Under the pieces are notes generated by a model. The model saw nothing but the letters and a program-made list of their open reading frames with translations. It did not search any database and had not been told where the DNA came from. From a virus, in the IMG/VR virus record IMGVR_UViG_3300038335_000064, positions 1 through 39,723 of that record: a DNA stretch of 39,723 nucleotides. One strand, given 5' to 3'. Both the position numbers and the translations under genes were made by a program. Shown here in pieces: positions 22,717 through 30,474 of this stretch (its first letter is position 1; each line of letters opens with the position of its first letter).

Positions 22717-25559
22717 GCCAGGTCACCCAGCGCGGCGCGACGGATGCGGCCGGCCTTGCGTTCGATCGCGGCGGCCACGCGCTCGGCCAGCGCCTCGGCA
22801 TCCTCGCCGGCCTGCTGCGTGATCTGGATCGGGCCGATGGTGATCTGCATCGTGGCGGATGTTGGCGCTGACGTTGTTGCCGGCGCACCGCCTGCCGCAG
22901 CAACAACTGCGGCCGCCGCGCCTGCGCCCCGTGCGCCAACGCCCACGCCAGGCCCTGCACTGCCGGGGATATCCGGCGTCGCCGCTGTCGCCAACGCCAA
23001 CGCCGCGCCCGCCACCAGTCTTGCAGTGCCCAGCATGCCTTGCTGCAACCCGAGCCCCAACATGTCGCCCAGGCCCATGAACACGCGGCTCGGCGACTTG
23101 ATGCCGAGCACCGACTTGAACTGGTTGGCGATGCCGTCGCCGATGTTGGTCACGCCCGCCTTCAGACGATCCCAGCCCGCCGTGATGCCACCCAGCAAGC
23201 CGTCGATGATTTGTCCACCGATCGCGCCGAACTTGCTCGGCAGCGCTTTGAAGAAATCCATGATCGCGCCCCAGTTCTTGATGACGAAGCCCAGCGGCGT
23301 GAAGGAAAAGGCTTTCTTCGAGGCGGTCCAGATGGCGTTGAATGCGGGCTTCAGGCGCTCGCCGAGGTTGCCAAAGAAGCCCTTGATCGACCCCCAATTA
23401 CGCACCACCAATCCCAGCGGCGTGAAGGAGAAGGCTTTCTTCGAGGCGTCGAATACGGTGCCGGCAACGGCCTTGATCCCGCCCCATGCCTTGCTCGCTG
23501 CGTTTTTTATGCCACCCCAGAACGCCTTCAGCGCCGGGCCGATCTTCGACCAGTTCTTCCAGATCAGGAACGCGGCGCCGGCAATCACGGTGACCGCAAG
23601 GCCGATGGGATTGAGCAGCAGCGCGCGGCCGAGGATCGCCACCCCCCTGCCAGCCATGGCAAGCCCCCGCGTTAGCGCGCCACCCAGTGCGGTGCCCAGG
23701 CGAATGGCCCCCGTACGCATCGCCGTGAACGATGTGACGGCCGCCGTGCGCATGGTGGCGATCAGGCGCAGCGTCCCGGCTCGGGCCACCGCAAGACCGC
23801 GCGTTAGCGCGCCGCCGAGCACCGAGCCAAGCCGCGATGCTGCCGAGATCGCGCCCGGCAGCGCGCCGCGCGCATACGCCCAGGTTGCCACGGTCAGCAC
23901 CCGCAGCCGTGCGAATGCCGTGCCGAACTTCAGTCCCAAGATGGCGCTGTTCCACAGCCACGTAGCGGCGTTGGCCGCCAGCACGCCGACGGTCCACAAC
24001 GCCGCTGCACCCACCACCACGCCAATGCCGGTGGCGACCACGGGAAAATCATCAAGCAGCCGGCCAACGGCAATGGTGATCGACACCAACGGCGGCAGCA
24101 CGGTATTGAGTATCGGCACCAGCCCGGCGCCGAACGCCGTACCGAGCAGCCGCACGTTGTTCTGGAAAATCTCGGTCTTGCCCGATGCCGAGTCCAGAAA
24201 ACGCTGGTAGCTCTTGTCGACAAGACCCTTCGAGCCTTCGGTCACGTCCTTTTGCGCGGCGCGCAGCTTGTCGAGTTGCTTGCCCAGCAACACCACACCC
24301 TTGACGCCTTCGTCCCCAAACGCTTTTTGTAATGCGGCGTTGGTGTCATCAGAGAGGCTCTCGAATCCGCCAATCGACTGGCTGAGGTTCTCCAGCGTGG
24401 TGGTGAAGTCGGTTCCTCCTTCGGCGTTCTTGGCGATCTGGAATCCCATTTCCTTGGATGCCTTGCCCAGCCCACGGAAGCTGGCGGACAGCGCAGTGCC
24501 GGCCGCGCCACCTTGCAGGCCGGCCGAGTTGAGCGCGCCGATCAGGGTCGCGCCTTGATCGAGCTCGACATTGAAGCGCGCCAATGTGGGCGATGCAGCC
24601 TTGAACGATTCGCCGAGCTGGCCGAAATCGCGGATCTGGAACTTGAACTGGGTCTTGGTCAGCAACTCGCCGATGCGGGTGATCTGCTCTTCCTGCGTGC
24701 CTTGCAGCGAAGAGCCCAGGTTGTTGAACACGGTGGCCATCACCTCGCCAACCTGCTCGGCCGTGCCATCGGTGACCTTGGCCACCTTGGCCACCAGGCC
24801 GGACGTGGAGCGCGCGAACGATGCCTCGAAGCCTGCCGAGTTGAGCGCGTACTCGATGTTCAGCACGTCGCCCTCGGATGTCAGGTTGGCCCGCGCGAAC
24901 TCGATCGCACTGCGCCGCGATGCCTTGACCGCAGCATCAACATCACCAGCGTTCACCACAGTGGACAGGCGCACGGTGGCCCGCTCGACATCGAGCGCCT
25001 GGCCAATCGCTTTGCCGGCGGCGAACGCGACACCGGTGAGGCCAAGCAATTGCGTGCGCAATTGGCCGATACGGGCCCCGGCTTGATTGCGGCGCGACAG
25101 CACTGCGTCGAGCTGCTTCTGCTCCCTCTCGACCTTGTCGATGGCCGCGCCCAAGCGTACGTGCTCCTGCGCGGACTTTGCTGCATCCAGCCCGGCTTGC
25201 CGCATCGCTTGACCAGACCTCGTGGCAGCAACGCGCGCGGAGTTCAGCTTTGCCGACAACTCAGCAGCGGTCTTCTCGGTCTTTTCCAGATCCTTGGCCA
25301 GCGCCCGATTGTTGGGGTCTTTTTTCAGCGCCTTTTTGACCGCCATCACTTCGCGTTGCACCTTCTCCAGCGCAATGCGCGCCTTGCCGACAGCGGCTTC
25401 GTCGCGGTCGAACGCCTCGGTCAAGCCGCGCTGACTCTTGAATGATCGCATCGCGTCGCCTAGCTGGTTGACCCGCGATGTGGCACCATTGAACGCGCGA
25501 TCATAGGTCGCGCCCAATACGGCACCGATGGTAACGCCAATGGCCAGGTTCGATGACAT
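22713..25559 (-). CDS. Tail tape measure protein
   Basis: 948 aa with a helical N-terminal half, internal repeats (KKAFSFTPLG.V..NWG.I..FF) and Gly/Ala-rich hydrophobic segments. Confidence 0.9.
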   Translation of the reverse strand: MSSNLAIGVTIGAVLGATYDRAFNGATSRVNQLGDAMRSFKSQRGLTEAFDRDEAAVGKARIALEKVQREVMAVKKALKKDPNNRALAKDLEKTEKTAAELSAKLNSARVAATRSGQAMRQAGLDAAKSAQEHVRLGAAIDKVEREQKQLDAVLSRRNQAGARIGQLRTQLLGLTGVAFAAGKAIGQALDVERATVRLSTVVNAGDVDAAVKASRRSAIEFARANLTSEGDVLNIEYALNSAGFEASFARSTSGLVAKVAKVTDGTAEQVGEVMATVFNNLGSSLQGTQEEQITRIGELLTKTQFKFQIRDFGQLGESFKAASPTLARFNVELDQGATLIGALNSAGLQGGAAGTALSASFRGLGKASKEMGFQIAKNAEGGTDFTTTLENLSQSIGGFESLSDDTNAALQKAFGDEGVKGVVLLGKQLDKLRAAQKDVTEGSKGLVDKSYQRFLDSASGKTEIFQNNVRLLGTAFGAGLVPILNTVLPPLVSITIAVGRLLDDFPVVATGIGVVVGAAALWTVGVLAANAATWLWNSAILGLKFGTAFARLRVLTVATWAYARGALPGAISAASRLGSVLGGALTRGLAVARAGTLRLIATMRTAAVTSFTAMRTGAIRLGTALGGALTRGLAMAGRGVAILGRALLLNPIGLAVTVIAGAAFLIWKNWSKIGPALKAFWGGIKNAASKAWGGIKAVAGTVFDASKKAFSFTPLGLVVRNWGSIKGFFGNLGERLKPAFNAIWTASKKAFSFTPLGFVIKNWGAIMDFFKALPSKFGAIGGQIIDGLLGGITAGWDRLKAGVTNIGDGIANQFKSVLGIKSPSRVFMGLGDMLGLGLQQGMLGTARLVAGAALALATAATPDIPGSAGPGVGVGARGAGAAAAVVAAAGGAPATTSAPTSATMQITIGPIQITQQAGEDAEALAERVAAAIERKAGRIRRAALGDLA

Positions 25560-25794
25560 GCGTACTTCCTTCGGTCAGTGGATCGGCATTGCTCTGTTCG
25601 GATCGCTGTGGGGCTGGCTGGTGTTCGGCGAAGGCTTCGGCTGGATCGCCTCGATCCCTGCTGCGCTCATCGGTACATTGATCGCAATGGTGCCGGTTGT
25701 CTTGTTCGCCGCTGTCATCTGGCGACTGACCGAGGGCGTCATTGCGATCATTCGCGAGGGCAAACCGCCTTCGCCGCCGCCACCCACTCGGTAA
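25558..25794 (+). CDS. Opposite-strand small two-TM protein (candidate moron)
   Basis: 78 aa, MRTSFGQWIGIALFGSLWGWLVF...ALIGTLIAMVPVVLFAAVIW. It fills the 188-bp gap between E' and the tape measure. GC3 is about 73 percent and no clear SD is present. Confidence 0.4.
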   Translation: MRTSFGQWIGIALFGSLWGWLVFGEGFGWIASIPAALIGTLIAMVPVVLFAAVIWRLTEGVIAIIREGKPPSPPPPTR

Positions 25795-26133
25795 GCTCCG
25801 CGCCATCCAGATCGAGCAATTCGCACAGCGCCCACCCGGTACGCGATGCGAGCCAGGCACACGCCCGGCGCGCATCGTCCGGCCTCAGGACAAAAAACCC
25901 TGAAGCACCTTTTGCGCGGCGGTGTAGTCGGCAAAGTCCAAGTCCTCGATCACGGTGGGCGCGACCTCGCACAGGTTGGCGACCATCCGCACCTCGCGTT
26001 CGGCCTGATTGCTGCCCTGCTTTTCGGCCAGCAACATGTCGCGCACCTTTGGCCGGCGAAACGACAGGGCTTTGATCTCCACGCCATCGGACGTTACCGG
26101 GTATGCCAGCGGTACTGCGGTGCGATCGCTCAT
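25748..26133 (-). CDS. E+E' -1 frameshift product
   Basis: After the slip the -1 frame reads GFFVLRPDDARRACAWLASRTGWALCELLDLDGAELTEWVAAAKAVCPRE* and ends at 25748. Confidence 0.65.
25885..26133 (-). CDS. Tail assembly chaperone E (P2 gpE-like)
   Basis: MSDRTAVPLAYPVTSDGVEIKALSFRRPKVRDMLLAEKQG...EDLDFADYTAAQKVLQGFLS. Confidence 0.8.
   Translation of the reverse strand: MSDRTAVPLAYPVTSDGVEIKALSFRRPKVRDMLLAEKQGSNQAEREVRMVANLCEVAPTVIEDLDFADYTAAQKVLQGFLS
25891..25897 (-). promoter_or_regulatory. Slippery heptamer TTTTTTG for the E/E' programmed -1 frameshift
   Basis: The minus strand reads GGT TTT TTG TCC TGA. This is the same heptamer used by P2 E/E'. Confidence 0.7.
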
Positions 26134-26375
26134 TCCCGGCCTCCTTTGCGCCGTTTGCGTTCACCGTCATCGGGCTGCACATCGGCGGTTGGCGTCACCG
26201 AAGCATCGGGTTCGCCGGCTGGCGTTTCAGGTGGCGCTTCGGCTACTGGTGCGACAAACCCGCCATGCCGAAGGAACTCGGCCTGTTCGGCGGTCAGCTT
26301 GATGGTGGCGCCGGCATCGCAATGCAGGTGCTGATGCACGAATGCCTTGAGCACTCGATAGATTTTCGTGGCCAT
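26130..26375 (-). CDS. Hypothetical protein
   Basis: 81 aa, lying between tube and gpE. The C-terminal half is acidic and Pro-rich. Confidence 0.5.
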   Translation of the reverse strand: MATKIYRVLKAFVHQHLHCDAGATIKLTAEQAEFLRHGGFVAPVAEAPPETPAGEPDASVTPTADVQPDDGERKRRKGGRE

Positions 26376-26377
26376 GG

Positions 26378-26884
26378 TCAGATCGCCAGGTGTTCGCGGG
26401 TCTTGGCCAACTGGTCGGTGCCGTTGACCACGGCCACGTAGTTGATCGGGTCGATTTCGTACACCACGGTGCCGTCGTCTTCGAGCTTGTAATAGCGCAG
26501 ACTCATTTTGAGCTTGAGCGGCATTTCCTCGCCCGGCTTCCAGGTGTCCATATCCACCTCGGACAGCAGGCCGCGCATGGTGACTACCACGCCCTTCTTG
26601 GTGCCGTCGTCGGATACCTTGGCGCCACGCGCCACGAAGGCGAACAGCTCACCCGGCAGGATGCGCAGGGCGTTGAGCACGTCGCGATCGAACGCCAGCA
26701 GCGTGGCTTCGGCTTCGAGCTTTTCGAAGCGCCCCATGGGCACGTCGATCTCGGCTGCCATGCCGCCGGCCTTGTAGCCCTGCATCACCGGCTTGAGGGT
26801 GGGCAGCTTGAGCTCCTTGATGCGGCCGGCGTAACCACGGCCATCGACGAACAGGTTCAGGTCGTACAGGATGTCGGCAATCAT
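26378..26884 (-). CDS. Tail tube protein (P2 FII-like)
   Basis: MIADILYDLNLFVDGRGYAGRIKELKLPTLK. Confidence 0.85.
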   Translation of the reverse strand: MIADILYDLNLFVDGRGYAGRIKELKLPTLKPVMQGYKAGGMAAEIDVPMGRFEKLEAEATLLAFDRDVLNALRILPGELFAFVARGAKVSDDGTKKGVVVTMRGLLSEVDMDTWKPGEEMPLKLKMSLRYYKLEDDGTVVYEIDPINYVAVVNGTDQLAKTREHLAI

Positions 26885-28092
26885 TACAGAATCTCCTGCA
26901 GGTAGTCATTGGTGAGCTGCGAGCGGAAGGTGATGCGCTCGGCCGGTGCCGGCGGGGTGAACTCGAAGTTGAAGAACACCTTGCCGGCGGCGAGGCTGAT
27001 TGGTGTGTTCAGGTCCGGATCGGCCCAGGCGCGGCCGCCGAGGATGGCGCCCTGCGCGGTGAGCTGGCGCATGAAGGCGTTGAGGCCATCGGTCACATCA
27101 CTGACGTAGGTGCGGGTGAGGTTGCGATCCACCGCCCACAGGTGCGCGCGCAGCAGGCTTTCGTTGATGATGTCGGCGGTACGACGCACGCTCAGGAACG
27201 CCCACTTGGGATCGATGGTGGCGCTGCGGTTGCCCCACAGCCGGAAGCCGTTCTGGTGGATGATCGTGGCCACCTTCGCTTCGTTGAGCAGGTTGGCGCG
27301 CGCGTTGGCGTCGCCCAAGGCGAAGTCCACCGGCCGAGCGGTGCCAAGCACGCCGCGCAGTTCCTGGTTCGACGGGCTCCACCAGAAGCCGCGCTCGGAA
27401 TCGGACTTGGCGATCAGGCCGGCCACGCGCGCGGACGCCGGTTCGACCGTTTCGGCGCCGCTCGCCGACAGCACCTTGACCCACGGATCAACCAGGAACA
27501 AGCGCGCGCTGCCGAAGGTGCCGGCGTAGGCAATCGCCGCAGCATCATCGGTGTTCGGGCCATCGGCGATAACCACTGCACGCAGACGATCGGCGACCGT
27601 CAACAGCGCGTTGGCCACCGCTGCGTTCTGGCTGAAGCCGTGCGCAACCAGCACGCGCGGCGTCACCTTTACCGTGCTCTCGGCGCCGAGGAACGCGCTG
27701 ATGCCGGTGTACTGGCCAGTGCCAACATCGACGCCGCCGATCACGTTGGCCTGCGTCGCGGCGGCGTCGAGGCCTTCGGCCACGCGCACCACCACCACCA
27801 GCGCGCCGGTCTGGTCGAACACGCCGCGCAGTGCCGCCGGCAAGGTACCGGCCAGTCCCAACTGCGCCGCCTCGCGCAAGCTGCCCGCAATCAGCACCGG
27901 GGTGTTCAGCGGGAATGCGGCCTTGGCGGCATCCCAGTCGGTCTGGGTCGCGAAGCTGGCCGGCAACGCAACGGCATCCAGATCGGGCGCGGTGCCGACC
28001 AGTCCGATGACGCTGGAGCGGGCGACGGCAATGGGGCGTGCGCCGTTGTCGATCTCGACAACTTCAACGCCATGCAAAAAATCGGTGGGCAT
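26884..28092 (-). CDS. Tail sheath protein
   Basis: 402 aa, MPTDFLHGVEVVEIDNGARPI.... AAGGAG lies upstream. Confidence 0.9.
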   Translation of the reverse strand: MPTDFLHGVEVVEIDNGARPIAVARSSVIGLVGTAPDLDAVALPASFATQTDWDAAKAAFPLNTPVLIAGSLREAAQLGLAGTLPAALRGVFDQTGALVVVVRVAEGLDAAATQANVIGGVDVGTGQYTGISAFLGAESTVKVTPRVLVAHGFSQNAAVANALLTVADRLRAVVIADGPNTDDAAAIAYAGTFGSARLFLVDPWVKVLSASGAETVEPASARVAGLIAKSDSERGFWWSPSNQELRGVLGTARPVDFALGDANARANLLNEAKVATIIHQNGFRLWGNRSATIDPKWAFLSVRRTADIINESLLRAHLWAVDRNLTRTYVSDVTDGLNAFMRQLTAQGAILGGRAWADPDLNTPISLAAGKVFFNFEFTPPAPAERITFRSQLTNDYLQEIL

Positions 28093-28162
28093 TTCAGGCT
28101 CCTTCAGTGTGTGGTCAAACGGTGCGCGGTGGCGCGGTTGTCAGTTACAGCAATTTTCAGTC

Positions 28163-28717
28163 TCATTGCGGTGCCCCGGTGAGCGCGCCGCCGGCCTGCA
28201 CGCCGCCGTGTTTGTGGGTCTTGAGGCTGATGCCATCGGCGGTAACATCGCCGGTGACGGTGACGCCATCGCCGACGCTCAGGTGGCCGGTGATCTCCAC
28301 TTGCTCGGCAGCGATCTCCACGCGCGGGGCTTGCACGCGCACGGTGCCGCTGGCGATCACGGTCAGCGCGCCGGTGCTGCGATCCACGGCGACGGAGACC
28401 GCAGTGCCGAACCGCCACGCGGCGATGTCGGGCGAGGTTTCCGGCGGCGGCACGGCGTCGCTGTACGCGGCGGGCAACACCACGGCCAGCGCCGGGTCGC
28501 CATCCGGGGCCAGCACCAGCACCGCTTCGCCGACCTCCGGCGCCCACCAATCGACATCGCCGCCAGCGCGGCGGGTGAGCCACGGCAGCCAGCCGGTGAG
28601 GTAGCCATCGCACTGCACCCGCACCAACGCCTGGGCGTAGTCGGCCTGCTCGATCTGCCCGTAGCGCAGCAGGTTGGCGAGGCGGCGCGCCAGTTCGGTG
28701 ATGTCGATCGGGTTCAT
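28163..28717 (-). CDS. Baseplate assembly protein V / spike (P2 gpV-like)
   Basis: VRVQCDGYLTGWLPWLTRRAGGDVDWWAPEVGEAVLVLAPDGDP....HKHGGVQAGG. Confidence 0.8.
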   Translation of the reverse strand: MNPIDITELARRLANLLRYGQIEQADYAQALVRVQCDGYLTGWLPWLTRRAGGDVDWWAPEVGEAVLVLAPDGDPALAVVLPAAYSDAVPPPETSPDIAAWRFGTAVSVAVDRSTGALTVIASGTVRVQAPRVEIAAEQVEITGHLSVGDGVTVTGDVTADGISLKTHKHGGVQAGGALTGAPQ

Positions 28718-29223
28718 TCGACCTGCTCGTAGTCATCAACGTGTGGTGGGCCGATGTCGGGCGACGTGCCCAGCCAGATTTCAGTGGGCGTGATGCCGGC
28801 CGGCTCCAACGCGCCGAGTTGCAACTCAATGCCGAACTCGACCAGCCACAGGCGGTAGCCGTCCAGCTCGGGGCGAAAATCGGCATCGCCAGCACGCAGC
28901 TGCCGCAGGTGGCCGTGCCCTGGCAACGGGCGCGGCGCAGCATGCAAGGCGAGGATCACCCGCGCCGCCAGCTCGCGGCAGGCCAGCTCGGCGCGCGGCG
29001 TGTTCGGATCAACGATGCAGTACGCCTCGAAACGGGCATCGGCAGACACCCGTCCATCGCCGGGGTTGCCAAGCGGCTCCAACTCGGTGAGCTGCAGGTA
29101 CACCGCCGGCATGCGCACGGCGCGCTGCGCCTGCGGCGGCGGATCGGCCGACACCGTGGGCACGTCGGGCATGGCAGCGCGCAGCAGTGCGGCAATCGCA
29201 TCGATGGCTTCGGTCAGGGTCAT
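28714..29223 (-). CDS. Tail terminator-like protein (lambda gpU-like, tentative)
   Basis: MPAVYLQLTELEP....ARFEAYCIV parallels lambda U FPAVAVYLTGAEY...AELHIEVF. It follows the Z-like gene. Confidence 0.5.
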   Translation of the reverse strand: MTLTEAIDAIAALLRAAMPDVPTVSADPPPQAQRAVRMPAVYLQLTELEPLGNPGDGRVSADARFEAYCIVDPNTPRAELACRELAARVILALHAAPRPLPGHGHLRQLRAGDADFRPELDGYRLWLVEFGIELQLGALEPAGITPTEIWLGTSPDIGPPHVDDYEQVE

Positions 29224-29747
29224 CGCTTGCCGCTCCGAGATAGCTCGAAGTTCAGCTCCTGCCGCAGCAGGGTGAGCAGGCGTTCTTCGGCGCGCGCCGC
29301 CACGGCGCGGATTGCGCGCGCGCCGGCTTCGTCAATTTCAACCTTGACCAGGCTGATCGGAAATCGATCAGCCGACGGCCGCGTGTATATCCCACCACCG
29401 TACTTCTTGATGATGAAGGCCTTGTCGAAGAAGTGCTGGCCAATGCGTACGCCGCGCGGACCCTGCCGCGCCTGCCCCAAGCGCGCGGCAGCGACGGAGT
29501 TCAGGCCAAGCCAGATTTTTTGCTCGGTACCATCGCCTTTGCGGAACAAGCGCAGGCGCTGGCGAATGAAGCGCTGCTGCACCCGCAGCTCGGCGCCGGT
29601 GACCTTCGCTGCCTGGCCGCCGGTCCACTTGGCCGCCTTGCGCACGGCACGCTCAGCGGCGCGCTTGGCCGCACGCTTGCTGATCTGGAACGCGCCGAGC
29701 AGTTGATCGAGCTCTTTGCGGTCGATGCCCATCTGCATGCTGATCAC
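29220..29747 (-). CDS. Tail completion protein (lambda gpZ-like)
   Basis: DRFPISLVKVEI and LLTLLRQELNFEL parallel lambda Z RYPIDVVKIP and LPKELGYALQHQL. GTGA overlap start. Confidence 0.55.
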   Translation of the reverse strand: MISMQMGIDRKELDQLLGAFQISKRAAKRAAERAVRKAAKWTGGQAAKVTGAELRVQQRFIRQRLRLFRKGDGTEQKIWLGLNSVAAARLGQARQGPRGVRIGQHFFDKAFIIKKYGGGIYTRPSADRFPISLVKVEIDEAGARAIRAVAARAEERLLTLLRQELNFELSRSGKR

Positions 29748-30046
29748 GGCATCACCTCTCGCAGCACCAGCGCGGTCAGGCCGGTGCCATCGGGCTCCAC
29801 CGAGACCACGGTGTAGGTACGGCCATCATGGGCAACCGTGCTGCCCTGCCCTGCCGCGCCCAGATCACCGTCGCGGATGACCAGGTGCGGCTCAACGATG
29901 CCGGTGCCCATCCCGCCCATTTGCGGTTGCAGCCAGGGCGCGTTGAACATGCCGATCACCGCGACGCCATCGAGCATCGCGGTGTCGCCAAGGCCCTCGA
30001 ACACGGCGTCGTCGGCATCGGCAAGCATGGCTCGGAAGTCGCTCAC
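29744..30046 (-). CDS. Head-tail joining protein (lambda FII-like)
   Basis: SDFRAMLADADDAVFEGLGDTAMLDG..VIGMFNAPW...VEPDGTGLTALVL matches the FII pattern. Start is GTG 30046 or ATG 30028. Confidence 0.6.
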   Translation of the reverse strand: MSDFRAMLADADDAVFEGLGDTAMLDGVAVIGMFNAPWLQPQMGGMGTGIVEPHLVIRDGDLGAAGQGSTVAHDGRTYTVVSVEPDGTGLTALVLREVMP

Positions 30047-30048
30047 GG

Positions 30049-30405
30049 TTACGCAGATACCGTCGCGTTGCCGGGGTTGAGCTTGGCCAGCACCGTGGCC
30101 ACACCGTTGCCGGCACCTGCGATGGCGGTCGCGGCGCCGAGCAAGTCGCCAGCCGCTGGCGCGGCGATGATGAACTGCCCGGCGGATACATCCCAGGTCA
30201 GTGCGGCGCCCGGGGTGATGACCGCGCCGGGCAGCTTGGGCAATTCCCAAACGCCTTCGATCGCCGCCTCACCGCTGCCGCCGTTGGCGAGCGCGGTGAG
30301 CGACACGCCGAGCAGCGTGCCGATGACGACCGCTTGCCCGGAGGCAATTGCGCCGGTGGCGGTGAAGGTGATGTGCTCACCGGGGCTGTGATAGTTCTTG
30401 GCCAT
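30049..30405 (-). CDS. DUF2190-family head protein (decoration/cement-like)
   Basis: MAKNYHSPGEHITFTATGAIASGQAVVIGTLLGVSLT...EGVWELPK. Confidence 0.8.
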   Translation of the reverse strand: MAKNYHSPGEHITFTATGAIASGQAVVIGTLLGVSLTALANGGSGEAAIEGVWELPKLPGAVITPGAALTWDVSAGQFIIAAPAAGDLLGAATAIAGAGNGVATVLAKLNPGNATVSA

Positions 30406-30436
30406 GTCGATTCAATCCTCTGTTTGTTTCGATCCG

Positions 30437-30460
30437 CGCCGGCTCCCATGAGAGCCGGCG
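30437..30460 (-). other. 9-bp GC-rich hairpin after the capsid gene (no U-tract)
   Basis: CGCCGGCTC-N6-GAGCCGGCG, between the capsid stop (30475) and the DUF2190 start (30405). Confidence 0.5.
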
Positions 30461-30474
30461 ACAAGTGCCTGCGC

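Noticed and set aside
21706-24210. 834-aa plus-strand ORF, together with similar giants at 3336..5585, 27142..28182, 30334..31437, 32769..34433 and 35005..36264
   Set aside because: These are Arg/Ala/Pro/Gly-rich nonsense. They lie antisense to well-supported minus-strand structural genes, as is typical of shadow ORFs in high-GC DNA.
28145-28152. GAGACTGA 8-mer upstream of the sheath gene as a third copy of the late element
   Set aside because: Only 8 bp are shared and about one chance occurrence is expected genome-wide. It is noted but not called as a feature.
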